Origin: Octopus vulgaris
Taxonomy: Eukaryota
NCBI GenBank assembly: GCA_951406725.2
Contig: OX597824.1
Span: 32,260,001 to 32,322,000, forward strand
DNA: 62,000 nt
Direction of reading: 5' to 3'
The translations under genes and the position numbers were made by a program. Positions 24,301 to 33,914 of the stretch are shown here, piece by piece. A model generated the notes under the pieces. The model worked only from the letters and a program-made list of their open reading frames with translations. It did no database searches and had not been told where the DNA came from. Each line of letters opens with the position of its first letter. Positions within the stretch are counted from its first letter, which is position 1.

Positions 24301-26598
24301 AAATGAATAGCTTTGTCAGGCAGCCAATCAACAAATACACTGGCAAACAGGAATCACTCCTTGTGCAGATAAGACGAAAGCTTGTCTGGTACGGGCATGT
24401 ATCCTGTCATAATTCTCTGTCCAAAATCATTCTTCAGGGCACATTTGAGGGAGAGAAAAGAGAGGCAGGCAGAGAAAATCCTGGTTTGACAGCACCAAAG
24501 ACTGAATGGGTCACAACGCAGCAAATTTGCTATGCATGACAGAGAACAGTGACTAATGCTGACAATTGACTATAAAAGCGTCTAGAGTGACACCCCAGTA
24601 ACTGCCTGAATCAGTTAAGACAAAACAAAGTTTATAGTCATATAATTCTTTCTTTGCCATGGTGTCAGGTAAGATTAAAACCATTACGACCAATTATATT
24701 TTTTATCAAATAAGGCAATTAGTCTCCATCCTTCTTCAAACATCACAAGCACCTTGTCCTATCTCCTCTGGGAAACACCGTACAAGATGATATAGGGTTA
24801 GAGGGGATCTACAACACTTCTTTTTCATATATAAAGAAATATATAAGGTGCATTCCAGAAGTTTTGAGACTTTTTTTAGGAGAGTTATAACATCCTAGAT
24901 TACTGAAATTTTAGTATAACATTACTATACATATAAAGCTGACCTGCAACTTTTGTTAATCTAGATTAAAGGAGATAACATAATAGCACTTTGAATACAC
25001 CATAACTAAACACTGCTTGTCACAGCTGACTGGCTTGCAGATTGCAGTCGAGATATGAAAACAATTTGGAAGCTTGCAGCCATGCAATAAAGTTTTGTGT
25101 TAAACCAAGCAGAAACACTACAGGAACTTATGAAGTGCTCCAGATTGGTTTTAGATTAACTTATATGAGCTGAGCATGTGTTTTTCGCTAGCACAAGAGG
25201 CCAAAAAAGGCAAGTCCTCCAGAAAGCTCATGATGACCCTATTTTTCCACAGCAAGGGTACCATCTACATCTGGGTTCCCTTTGGCCAGATGGTCACCAA
25301 AAATTACTTTGTGGGGGGTTTGAAGAGATTTTGTTGCAAAACGCCAGAGCACCTGCACCAGATTACAATTCCAACTACTTTACAAAGATGAGCATCAAAA
25401 CTGCTTCTCACCTACCCTACAGTCTAGACCTTGCTCCCGGTGACTTTTGGTTGTTCTTCAAGCTGAAGGAGAATAAGGAGGAGGCTGTGACATGGGTCCC
25501 GGTCACCTTCACTTTGGAGTACTTCCACAGGGCCTTCACAAAGTTGCTGGAGTGCTAACAACAAGGGCATTGAACTCAGAGATCTTACTTTGACTCTTTA
25601 ACATTCAGATGCCTTTGCTGTCACAAAATAGGGTCATTGTGAGCTTTCTGGAGGACTTGCTTTGTTTGACCTCTTGTGCTAGTGAAAAACAGATGTCCAG
25701 CTTATACATGTTAATCTATAAGCAGTTTGGAGTATTTTGTAAGTTTCTTATTTCTTCATTACCCACAAGGGGCTAAACATAGAGGGGACAAACAAGGACA
25801 GACAAAGGGATTAAGTTGATTACATCGACCCCAGTGCTTAACTGGTACTTAATTTATCGATCATGAAAGGGTGAAAGGCAAAGTCGACCTCGGCGGAATT
25901 TGAACTCAGAACATAAAGACAGACGAAATACCATTAAGCATTTCGCCTGGCGTGCTAACGTTTCTGCCAGCTTCCCACCTTTTGTAAGTTTCTGTAGAGA
26001 TTCTGTCCCGCTTAACACAAAATTTTATTGTATCGCGAGCTTCCAAATTGTCTTCATGTCCCAAATGCATTCTGCAAACCAGTCACCTGTGACAAGCAGT
26101 GTTTAGTAAGTAATGCTTATTTATTCACACTATTTTGAGTTAATCATGTATTATCTTGTAGCTTTGAGATTTCAATGGTGTAACAGTATACTTTTACAAT
26201 GACATTGTCAGGTAAACATAGAGGGGACAAACAAGGACAGACAAAGGGATTAAGTCGATTACACACACACATTTGGATGTGTATGCTTGTTGTAATACCT
26301 CAAAAAAATAATACAGCTTTCATATAACTATGGCTATCCAATACGGGGTTGTTTAACTAAGTCAGCACTGATCCAGCAGTCCTAGTGTCAAGGGCGTTCC
26401 AGTCATGGCCATCGCATTTTAAGGTATAATTTATCAAGAATTAAACTTCTGAATATCCTGTTATTTTAAGGCGTTGTGAAATGAGATAAGCTTTTATTCC
26501 TAGCTGGTCGGGCGACCGCGTAGAAATCAAACCCAGTTAGTTTGATTTCGTTTTTAGCTAAAATTACCTTTGTTAATGAGCACAGGCGTTCTATCCAT
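246..26598 (-). CDS. EPRS1: Bifunctional glutamate/proline--tRNA ligase, 5' part (GST-like domain + GluRS catalytic domain); multi-exon, continues beyond window start
   Basis: Manually spliced exons give a continuous frame with [21 protein letters not shown] (HIGH motif as HVGH), [44 protein letters not shown] (KMSKS-equivalent), [12 protein letters not shown]. All introns are GT-AG with matching phases. The N-terminal GST-like region fits metazoan EPRS. Confidence 0.95.
991..1101 (-). CDS. EPRS1: EPRS exon (111 nt): [37 protein letters not shown]
   Basis: tttcag acceptor, gtttga donor; VIDP..PRY and KHPK motifs; phase 0/0. Confidence 0.93.
1691..1750 (-). CDS. EPRS1: EPRS exon (60 nt): [20 protein letters not shown]
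   Basis: ttctag acceptor, gtaatt donor; MEWDKIWA motif; phase 0/0. Confidence 0.95.
1953..2506 (+). mobile_element. Internally deleted Tc1/mariner-superfamily transposon
   Basis: Perfect 21-bp inverted repeat tgattgaaaagtaactcccta (1962-1982 / 2475-2495). Enclosed ORF remnants carry FMQDGA..H and [15 protein letters not shown] transposase motifs. Confidence 0.88.
2740..3030 (+). mobile_element. RTE-clade LINE 3' fragment
   Basis: ORF 2775-3020 ([45 protein letters not shown]) matches the typical RTE ORF C-terminus. Confidence 0.85.
3749..3852. repeat. 42-bp tandem repeat, about 2.5 copies, inside an interspersed repeat
   Basis: gaaaggaactcagccactttgcctccatgaggcctaatgctc repeated head-to-tail with no spacers. 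Confidence 0.9.
3960..4044 (-). CDS. EPRS1: EPRS exon (85 nt): (W)[28 protein letters not shown]
   Basis: ttctag acceptor, gtaagt donor; conserved GluRS motif; phase 2/0. Confidence 0.96.
4163..4433. mobile_element. Tc1/mariner-type MITE with long TIRs, right end truncated
   Basis: Starts ta|cagggtggacc; 4179-4253 is an imperfect inverted repeat of 4361-4433. Confidence 0.7.
4862..5246 (+). mobile_element. Non-autonomous Helitron-like element
   Basis: a|TCtataaag 5' end; 3' hairpin acccgagcgaggcacgggt followed by ttag|t. Confidence 0.6.
5417..5525 (-). CDS. EPRS1: EPRS exon (109 nt): (G)[35 protein letters not shown]
   Basis: ttctag acceptor, gtaagt donor; LSKRKL motif; phase 1/2. Confidence 0.96.
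7506..7630 (-). CDS. EPRS1: EPRS exon (125 nt): (K)[41 protein letters not shown]
   Basis: tttcag acceptor, gtaag donor; highly conserved GluRS block; phase 2/1. Confidence 0.97.
8082..8416 (+). mobile_element. tRNA-derived SINE (family S3), full length with TSD
   Basis: A-box ggctcagtggtt and B-box gagttcgattcc; 10-bp direct repeat ttagggagat at 8071-8080 and 8417-8426. Confidence 0.8.
9945..10220 (-). mobile_element. Gypsy-type LTR retrotransposon gag N-terminal fragment (frameshifted)
   Basis: [16 protein letters not shown](LFTADPS)[63 protein letters not shown] resembles the xDPxS..A.KEW..W..TF.NF..LYVKP gag pattern (recalled, not searched). Confidence 0.7.
10337..10508 (-). CDS. EPRS1: EPRS exon (172 nt): (S)[56 protein letters not shown]
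   Basis: aaccag acceptor, gtaag donor; RAKIDM..NGCMRDP motif; phase 1/2. Confidence 0.96.
11323..11728 (+). mobile_element. tRNA-derived SINE (family S1) head + two tandem bodies
   Basis: Head ggtggcaagctggcagaaacg; second body restarts at aaagaaata|ggtattt (11555). Confidence 0.85.
11987..12179 (-). CDS. EPRS1: EPRS exon (193 nt): [64 protein letters not shown]
   Basis: aaacag acceptor, gtaagt donor; YTSDHF and AYVDDT motifs; phase 0/1. Confidence 0.96.
13460..13586 (-). CDS. EPRS1: EPRS exon (127 nt): (G)[42 protein letters not shown]
   Basis: tttcag acceptor, gtaac donor; class I HIGH motif (HVGH), RFDDTNP; phase 2/0. Confidence 0.97.
14101..14395. repeat. Foldback element: ~106-bp inverted arms around an 83-bp spacer
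   Basis: 14101-14206 is a near-perfect reverse complement of 14290-14395. Confidence 0.9.
15092..15177 (-). CDS. EPRS1: EPRS exon (86 nt): [28 protein letters not shown](G)
   Basis: tttcag acceptor, gtaag donor; GKFV.LP and RFPPEASG motifs; phase 0/2. Confidence 0.96.
16049..16390 (+). mobile_element. tRNA-derived SINE (family S3)
   Basis: ggcgcgtggctcagtggttagagcg head; shared body gtgttcttgagcaagacactttatttcacgttgctccag also at 8.1, 46.5 and 54.1 kb. Confidence 0.85.
17586..17725 (-). CDS. EPRS1: EPRS exon (140 nt): (F)[46 protein letters not shown]
   Basis: ttccag acceptor, gtaagt donor; Q.AFQSV motif at the end of the GST-like domain; phase 1/0. Confidence 0.88.
18405..18558 (-). CDS. 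EPRS1: EPRS exon (154 nt): [51 protein letters not shown]
   Basis: aaatag acceptor, gtaagt donor; GST-C motif TYLVG..LTLAD; phase 0/1. Confidence 0.93.
20245..20341 (-). CDS. EPRS1: EPRS exon (97 nt): (S)[32 protein letters not shown]
   Basis: tcacag acceptor, gtaaaa donor; RYL.R..LYG..L.E.TE GST-like motif; phase 2/0. Confidence 0.9.
23088..23178 (-). CDS. EPRS1: EPRS exon (91 nt): (x)[29 protein letters not shown](S)
   Basis: Long poly-T tract + acag acceptor, gtatgg donor; phase 1/2 fits the next exon. Confidence 0.8.
23968..24186 (+). mobile_element. SINE family S1 monomer
   Basis: Head gaggcgagctgacagaaac, body cgactttgcctttcatcctttcggggtcgat, tail gtagtaaagaaata. Confidence 0.85.
24300..24600 (+). 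mobile_element. Degenerate RTE-clade LINE 3' fragment
   Basis: [34 protein letters not shown] is RTE C-terminal-like. Confidence 0.7.
24842..25590 (+). mobile_element. Degenerate mariner (DD34D-type) transposon fragment
   Basis: [12 protein letters not shown] and [16 protein letters not shown] (YSPDLAPSDF-like) motifs; mariner-like left end ta-aggtgcattccagaagt. Confidence 0.78.
26568..26598 (-). CDS. EPRS1: Candidate EPRS first coding exon: [10 protein letters not shown] + 1 nt
   Basis: ATG at 26598; donor AAG|gtaatt in phase 1 as required by the next exon; unique CpG-containing context; CARE motifs 130-170 bp upstream. No clear similarity to the usual xPPL N-terminus. Confidence 0.5.
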
Positions 26599-26726
26599 GA
26601 TCCTCACATTCTTTTTATTTATATCAAGAAATAAACAGTCGAATGTATTCTTAATTCTAGAATATAACAACTTTTTCGAACAAACCGAATGACCTAATTG
26701 ATTCGCGAGCTTCAAGTATTGATATT

Positions 26727-26768
26727 ATTGCGTCAATATTTTGAAATTGCATCATACAAATTGCATCA
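26727..26768. promoter_or_regulatory. Cluster of C/EBP-ATF (CARE/AARE-like) elements in the putative EPRS promoter
   Basis: attgcgtca (26727-35) and attgcatca twice (26746-54, 26760-68), i.e. TGA(C/T)GCAAT on the minus strand. Confidence 0.55.
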
Positions 26769-28541
26769 TACAAATTGACAATCAGAATCGATCAGTGTGA
26801 CAGTTAAATACTAACAAGAAAACCTATCGATTGACTAGTTAAAATCTATTTTAGCTCTCACAGATTTAGTTAATGCCAAATGAATAAGTTACTTCACCTT
26901 CAACGAGGGTGGATTCTAGCTTTCACGTATTCGCCAGACGGGCTAAAAAATAGACAGTCTGTCACTCCCAAAATTCACACCTTAATGTTTGCAAAAAGGT
27001 CACATTGGATACTGTAGTCACAGACAGGGCCCTCTCAACAACAGAAAGGACCCCCTACATACATAACCATTGGGCCCTTAAACTTACAGAGATCTCGGGT
27101 AAGTGTGCTGTGTACCTATGCCTCCTGAAAATCTAGGTGTGATGGCTATGATCGGAATGTCTCAATCAATGCCTACTTGAGTCTAAAATGCAACAATTAA
27201 TACTTTAGGAATTTAACTATATATTGATATAATTCAGCGACACATTAAGGTACGAAATGTAGTTAACCATAGAAATCGGAAAAAAAAAAAATTTGGAATA
27301 AAATAAAGTAACGAGGAATGAGGGTTTATTTTGAAATTGAACCCAGGAATAACATAAGAATTAGAAAGAGTGGGGAAAAAATTACTTGTGCAGTAAACTG
27401 TTATAACAAGTAAATACTGAAGAAAATAATTTAAAATATTGATATATTACGTTAGAAATACATATATCTAAATATTGCAAATATTTCCCTGGTTTACGCT
27501 AACATCAAGGCTGGTACTATCAGAAACTCGGCGACGACTTGCACACGTGTTTTATGTGTACGCAAGCATATTTATAGCTCAAAAGAGAATTTCCTGATGA
27601 AAGTATGAGAACATTTCACAAGTTTATGATTGCATCATCATCATGGAAAGAGAAGCGGAAGATAAAAAAAAAAGTAACTTCATAAGAAATAAGAACAAAA
27701 CAAAATTGAAAAAAAAAAAAAAACACCCGATGTATTCTATATTTAAAATTAACACGTATATAATAGAAACAGACATATATAGCTGTGTGTACAAATGTTC
27801 TACACTGACATATCCGAAAGAATTAAAAATCATCGCATTACAATAAGCATACACATCCAAACGTGTGTGTGTGTACGTATATGTGTATTATAACTTCTGC
27901 ATTTACATTATTTTGAAATAAAGAAACTGAAAAATAAATATTCTGGTTATATCGTCTATTCCTTAAAATAGTTATAGGAGAGACTTAAAAGGCTGAGATG
28001 ATGCAGAATAACTGGCGACTTTAATTGTTTAAATCATGACTAACTTTATATAATTATACCAGTAACGCACTGGGGTCGATGTAATCGATTTAATCCCTTT
28101 GTCTGTCCTTGTTTGTCCCCTCTATGTTTAGCCCCTTGTGGGTAATAAAGAAATATATTATTATTATTATTAAATATTAGGAAATACTTTAAGGTAAGAT
28201 CAGAAAGACTATTTTCTGATGTTAAATTATAAATAAACTACATGATTCATTTCAAACTCTAGGTAGTTTCGGTGATTGGTGGGGGGTCATAGGGAAGTGA
28301 GAAAGAGTATATTATTGTTGGAAATAGTAATGATAAAGTATGCTTACCGACAGCAGCATTTTGTGAGTCGATATTGAGTTTGAGAGGAGCCATGGTCAAA
28401 GACGACACTAAGCAACAGTCCGCTACAAAGGGTGAAAGGAATAATGCTGGCAGAAAAGGGAGGTAAATCTTGAGTAAGGGAAGACAACTACGGCAGTGCG
28501 ATTCAGTAATATTCTGCGTGATGGTGGTGGTGGGGTTCTGT

Positions 28542-28868
28542 GTGAGGGCGCGTGGCTTAGTGGTTAGGGCATTCGGCTCATGATCGTAAGGTTGTGAGTT
28601 CGATTCCCGGCGACGCTTTGTGTCCTTGAGCAAGACACTTTATTTCACGTTGCTCCAGTCCACTCAGCTGGCAAAAATGAGTTGTACTTGTATTTCAAAG
28701 GGTCAGCCTTGTCACTCTCTGTGTCACGCTGATTATCCCCGAGAATTACGTTAAGGGTACACGTGTCTGTGGAATGCTCAGCCATTTGCACGTTAATTTC
28801 ACGAGCAAGCTGTTCCGTTGATCGTATCAGCTGGGACCCTCGTCGTCGTAACCGGCGGAGTCTTTAAA
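28542..28868 (+). mobile_element. Full-length tRNA-derived SINE with 13-bp TSD
   Basis: A/B boxes; ggtggggttctgt duplicated at 28529-41 and 28869-81; close relative at 39555-39853. Confidence 0.9.
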
Positions 28869-29315
28869 GGTGGGGTTCTGTTGTAATTACACTTATAGTT
28901 AGGTTAACTGGCATATTGAATAAGAATAAGTTTAATATAGCTGCTGTTTACTCAATACGAGTAGAATAAATGTAGGAAGAGTATGGGATGGATTAACTGT
29001 ACAAAGTTGTCATCATTTAACCCCAGGCCAACTCTATTTGAGCAGACCTATGATCAAAGGTATTCCAGCTTGTCATTTTAGGGATGTGTAGGACAACACT
29101 ATATAATGTGTCCACACAGTATGGTGTAATTTGAGGGACATTTAGTTGCTATTTTTAGCTGGTGGAACAACCACAAAGATACCCTCATTGGCTTGGGAAG
29201 TTCAAAGTATTTGAAAACTAAAAGCCCTAAATTGTTTATGATTATATACAATTTTTAATAATAATATAATAATGAAATTATTGTATAGTGCTCAGGTGCA
29301 CCACAACGAAAAGTT

Positions 29316-30929
29316 GTGTTCCCCAGTCCCCATTTTGTTGTCTCCTGACTTCCAGAAAAAAAAAAAAATGGATATTTTTTTTTTAATGACATTTTCTACA
29401 AATGCGCTTCAGATGGTGCAGGTTCCGATCATCGTTAGGAAAGACTTCCTCCCGCCCCTCCCCATTTTCTCGCAAATTATTGTTTAAAAAAAAATTTCTT
29501 TTTGCCAAAACCCCACCTTTTCGGATACGGAGATTGCGGAAAATTGTCAAAAATCGGAATTTTGAACTATTTTGTACCCCCACTCCTTCCCCCAATTTCT
29601 TCTTTTTCACTTTTTCCGTAACCTAACCCTAAAACCCTCACCCTAAAACCCTAAAACCCTCACCCTAAAACCCTAAAACCCCAACCCTAACCATAAGTAG
29701 AAAAATCTTTTGAAATTTTTTCAGAATCATAATCTCCGTATATTTCCAGATATTTTGATGTTTTGGAAAAAAAGTTAAAATAAAGAATTAGTGGTGGTGG
29801 TGGTGTGTGTGTGTGTGTGTGTGTGGGGGGGGGGGGGGTAATTTAAAAATGCCGATTTTTGCCAATTTTTTGCAGATTCGTATTCTCCGTAACTGAAAAC
29901 AGGGGTTGTGTAGAAAAAAAAATTAAATAAATAAAAAAGGAGTATTTTTTGTTGGGTACAAAACGAAGTCTTGCCTCATAACTTTCAGAAAAATGAGTAC
30001 TTTCAGTGAAATTTTCAGCAAATTCCTTTCCGAGTGTGTGAATTACGATTATATCAGAATTTGATGTGAACAAAAAAATGGCGAACACGCACACATACAT
30101 ACTGATACACATCACGATTTTTTTTTTTGAAATTTCAAGTTTCATTTTGTAGATATATGTGATACCGTTTTCAGTATGAGCCCACCAATTTTTTTTTCTT
30201 TTTTTCATATTAAATTCCGATATATATTTCTTTACTGCCCACAGGGGGCTAAACATAGAGGGGACAAACAAGGAGAGACAAACGGATTAAGTCGATCACA
30301 TCGACCCCAGAGCGAAACTGCTACTTTATTTATCGACCCCGAAAGGATGAAAGGCAAAGTCGACCTCGGCGGAATTTGAACTCAGAACGTAACGACAGAC
30401 GAAATACATATTTCTTTACTACTCACAAGGGGCTAAACACAGAGAGGACAAACAAGGACAGACAAACAGATTAAGTCGATTACATCGACCCCAGTGCGTA
30501 ACTGGTACCTATTTAATCGACCCCGAAAGGATGAAAGGTAAAGTCGACCTCGGCGGAATTTGAAATCAGAACGTAGCGACAGACGAAATACGGCTACGCA
30601 TTTCGCCCGGCGTGCTAACGTTTCTGCCAGCTCGCCGCCTTCCGATATAATTGTAATCTACATACTCTGAAAGATATTTGTCGGAAATTTCATTAGAAAA
30701 AAAAAAAAAGAAAAAGAAAATAATAATTTTTTTGAAAGTTATGAGGAAACAAAGGTGACTCGTTTGATTTTTCTGAAACTCTTCTCCCTACCCACGGAGA
30801 AATTTTTTCTTCACAAATTTAGATATAATCGGAATTCACACTATCTGAAGCGTGTTTGTAGAAAATGTTATTAAAAAATATCAGTTTTTATGGCTGTTAT
30901 GAGGAAACAAAGTCGTGGTAGGGGGACAC
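29316..30929. mobile_element. Non-autonomous DNA transposon with long imperfect TIRs and internal CCCTAAAA-like repeats; carries a nested SINE dimer
   Basis: Ends gtgttcccc / gggggacac; gatattttt..acattttctacaaatgcgcttcagat mirrored near 30842-30885; repeats at 29619-29692. Confidence 0.7.
30225..30639 (-). mobile_element. SINE S1 head + two bodies flanked by a single 10-bp TSD
   Basis: ttccgatata at 30215-24 and 30640-49; internal junction near 30408. Confidence 0.9.
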
Positions 30930-31611
30930 TCTTGCGTAGGTATGCCAGTTAACTTGAGGGTAGCGAGGTGATTGAATCGCGTGAAAGTTTCAAAGAGAAT
31001 AATGAGATCAGAAAGTTCCCTTGTTTAATTAATGTCTAATTATGACAGTGTAATTCAACGAATAAGAGTTTGCGTTGGAGTTTCTATTGTAATTCCATTC
31101 ATAGCCTGGTTTCTTAACTAGAAAGATGGTCGAGTCGACTGTATCGTGAGAACTTCGGCCTTTGTTCTCTATCTCAGTGCTTGGAGGTCAAATCCCGCCG
31201 AAATTGAGGCTGATTAATAAACTAACTGATCAGTACTGGAGTTAATTCCCCTCTCTCTGTCATAATCTTTTCTAAGTTTGGCACAAGGCCAGCAATTTTG
31301 AGGGGAAGAGAAGGTCAATTGCATCGACTCCAGCGCTTAACTGGTACTCATTTTATCGACGTCCCAAAATGTGGAAGGCAAAGTCGACTTCGGCGTAGTT
31401 TGAACTCAGAGCATGAAGAGCCGGAAGACAAGCCGCTAAGTATTTGGTCCGATGCGGTAACGATTCTGCCAGCCCACCACCTCTGTTTATCTATCAAAAT
31501 AATTCCATTAATTGTCTGGTCTCGCCTCGTTACCTTAGTACACGGTCCAGCTCATAGGTATTATTGCGCTTATCTCAATTCTTTCAAATAACTATCAAAT
31601 ACCTCTTCTTA

Positions 31612-32005
31612 TTTCTTTGTTGCCCACATGGGGCTAAACACAGAGAGAACAGACAAACGGATTAAGTCGATTATATCGACTCCAGTGCGTAACTGGTACT
31701 TATTTAATCGATCTCGAAAGGATGAAAGGCAAAGTCGACCTCGGCGGAATTTGAACTCAACGTAACGGCAGACGAAATACCTATTTCTTTACTACCCACA
31801 AAGGGCTAAACACAGAGGGGACAAACAAAGACAGACAAACGGATCAAGTCGATTACATCGATCCCAGTGCGTAACTGGTACTTATTTAATCGACCCCGAA
31901 AGGATGAAAGGCAAAGTCGACCTCGGCGGAATTTGAACTCAGAACGCAGCAGCAGACGAAATACGGCTAAGCATTTCGCCCGGCGTGCTAACGTTTCTGC
32001 CAACT
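31612..32005 (-). mobile_element. SINE S1 head + two tandem bodies
   Basis: Junction gaaatacc|tatttc near 31779. Confidence 0.85.
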
Positions 32006-32069
32006 CTTCTGACGTACCATTCATCAGCTTCAGTTTTTTTCGTGGCGTCAGATCAAAAGGATTCAGTCA

Positions 32070-32824
32070 TCTATATATATAAAAGTGAAGTTGTGTGAGT
32101 GTCTGTCTCCTACGATTTAGATTCCTAATTACTCCCACATTTTGCGGTGCAGTTTAACCAAATTCGGGTATCTTATAGTCGTGATTCATATCGAGCCCTT
32201 CTGGGTATTAGCGCGCGTCTACGATGAGTCTACGATTTTAAAAATAATTTACCATAATTTTTTTCCATTTTAACGCATATTTTTTCAGTGTCGATGGCGA
32301 CGGAGTTGGCGTCCATGCTCACACCTGCACCTGTGTTACTTCTCCCCCTTCTTACCTCCCTCGTGAAGCTGTGGGGAAGGGAGTGTAAGGAAATCAACGT
32401 CGTAAAGCGTTGTCAAGGAGACCAGCGTTCTTTTAGAACAACGACTTCATGGCTTGAAGACACCAAAACAGAAACGGCTAAGAAAGCCCGAAAGCAAATT
32501 CTACAAAATCGGGAAACACGCCACACAGAGAAGGTTTCCCGTGCAAATAATTTGCACAACCGAATGTTATAGTTGTTGCACAACTTTTACTTAAAAAATA
32601 TTATCCAAACACAAACTTTTGAAGGCAATATTGTATGGCGATGGTACTTGTAAAATATGGTAATGGATTTAGTAGCCAAAAGGAGAGAGCAGAGGCATAG
32701 TATGGTGGTGGTGGAGGCGGTGGTAGTGGCAGCGGTGGTGGCGGTGGTGCTGGTAGTGGTGATGGTGGTCGTGGTCGTGGTGGTCGTCGTGTTTGTGGTG
32801 GTGGTGGTGGTGGTGGTGGTGTTG

Positions 32825-32856
<32 letters not shown>

Positions 32857-33756
32857 GGTGGTGGTGGGAGTAGTGATGATGGTGGTGGTGGTGGTCGTGG
32901 TGATGATGGTGGTGGTGGTGGTGGTTGTGGTGGTCTTCGTGATGGTGGTGGTGATGGTCATGGGCGTAGTGGTGGTGGTGGTCATGGTGGTAGTGGTGAT
33001 GGTGTTGGTCGTGGTGGTGGTGGTGGTGGTGGCTGAAGCTGTCGTCTGGGTTCTTCCAATTTTTTCGTGTGTCGGTGGCGGCGTTGGCGTTCATGCTCGC
33101 ACCTGCACCTGTGTAGCTCCTCCCCTTCTTCCCTCCCTCGTGAAGCTGTGGGGAAGGCAGGGTAGGGAAATCAACGTCGTAAAGCGTTGTCAAGGAGACC
33201 AGCGTTCTTTTAGAACAACGACTTCATGGCTTGAAGTCGCCAAAACAGAAATCGCTAAAAAAGCTGAAACAGATCCACAAAAACGGCAAAAACCGCCACA
33301 CAGGGCAGGTTTCCTGTGCAAACAATTTGCACAACCGAATGTTTTAGTTGTTGCACAAATCTTTATATATAAAAGTGAAGTTGTGTGTCTGTCTCCTACG
33401 ATTTAGATTCCTAACTACTCCTACATTTTGCGGTGCAGTTTAACCAAAACCGGGTATCTTATAGTCGTGATTCATATCGAGCCCTTCTGGGTATTAGCAC
33501 GCGTCTACGATGAGTCTACGATTTAAAAAAAAATTTACCATCATTTTTTCCATTTTAATGCATTTTTTCGCTATTATATAAGGGAAGTAACTCTCTAAAA
33601 ATGTCTACGATGAGTCAACGATTAAAAAAAAAATTACCATAATTTTTTATTCCATTTTTAATGCATTTTTTTGCTATTTTTTTGCTATAACTCTCTAAAA
33701 ATGCTTATATTGTTATTTCCCTTACAAACACGAGCAACGCCAGGCGATACTGCTAG
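32070..33756 (+). mobile_element. Composite non-autonomous Helitron cluster (two 5' TC termini at 32070 and 33360, one 3' hairpin-CTAG)
   Basis: a|TCtatatatataaaagtgaagttg starts; 3' acacgagcaacgccaggcgatactgCTAG; duplicated internal module at 32283-32585 and 33060-33359. Confidence 0.8.
32702..33032. repeat. Imperfect (GGT/GTT/GAT)n trinucleotide microsatellite
   Basis: Visible directly; explains the poly-Val, poly-Thr and poly-His ORFs in three frames. Confidence 0.95.
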
Positions 33757-33914
33757 CTACATATAACAGAACGTGTCTCGTCGGTTACGCTAGTAAAAGG
33801 AGACTACAACAACATGAGTGAGTGACAATAAGAGACGCTAAATGCAGGCGAACTGCAGTAAGTTCTGAAGTCACTTGTATTTTAATGAAAATGAAACAAA
33901 ATTTTTATCGTAAA

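Noticed and set aside
26895-26925. NPPS-like codons as EPRS exon 1
   Set aside because: In-frame stop immediately upstream, wrong phase, and the segment resembles a repeat seen at 18.0 and 26.5 kb.
27643-27846. ORF MEREAEDKKK.. as a divergent gene
   Set aside because: Driven by poly-A runs; no splice or homology support.
29619-29692. Interstitial telomere
   Set aside because: Units are CCCTAAAA/CCCTCA rather than (CCCTAA)n arrays and lie inside a TIR element.
32587-33406. His-rich, Thr-rich and Val-rich proteins (132-249 aa)
   Set aside because: All three frames are open because of a (GGT/CAC)n microsatellite within a Helitron cluster.
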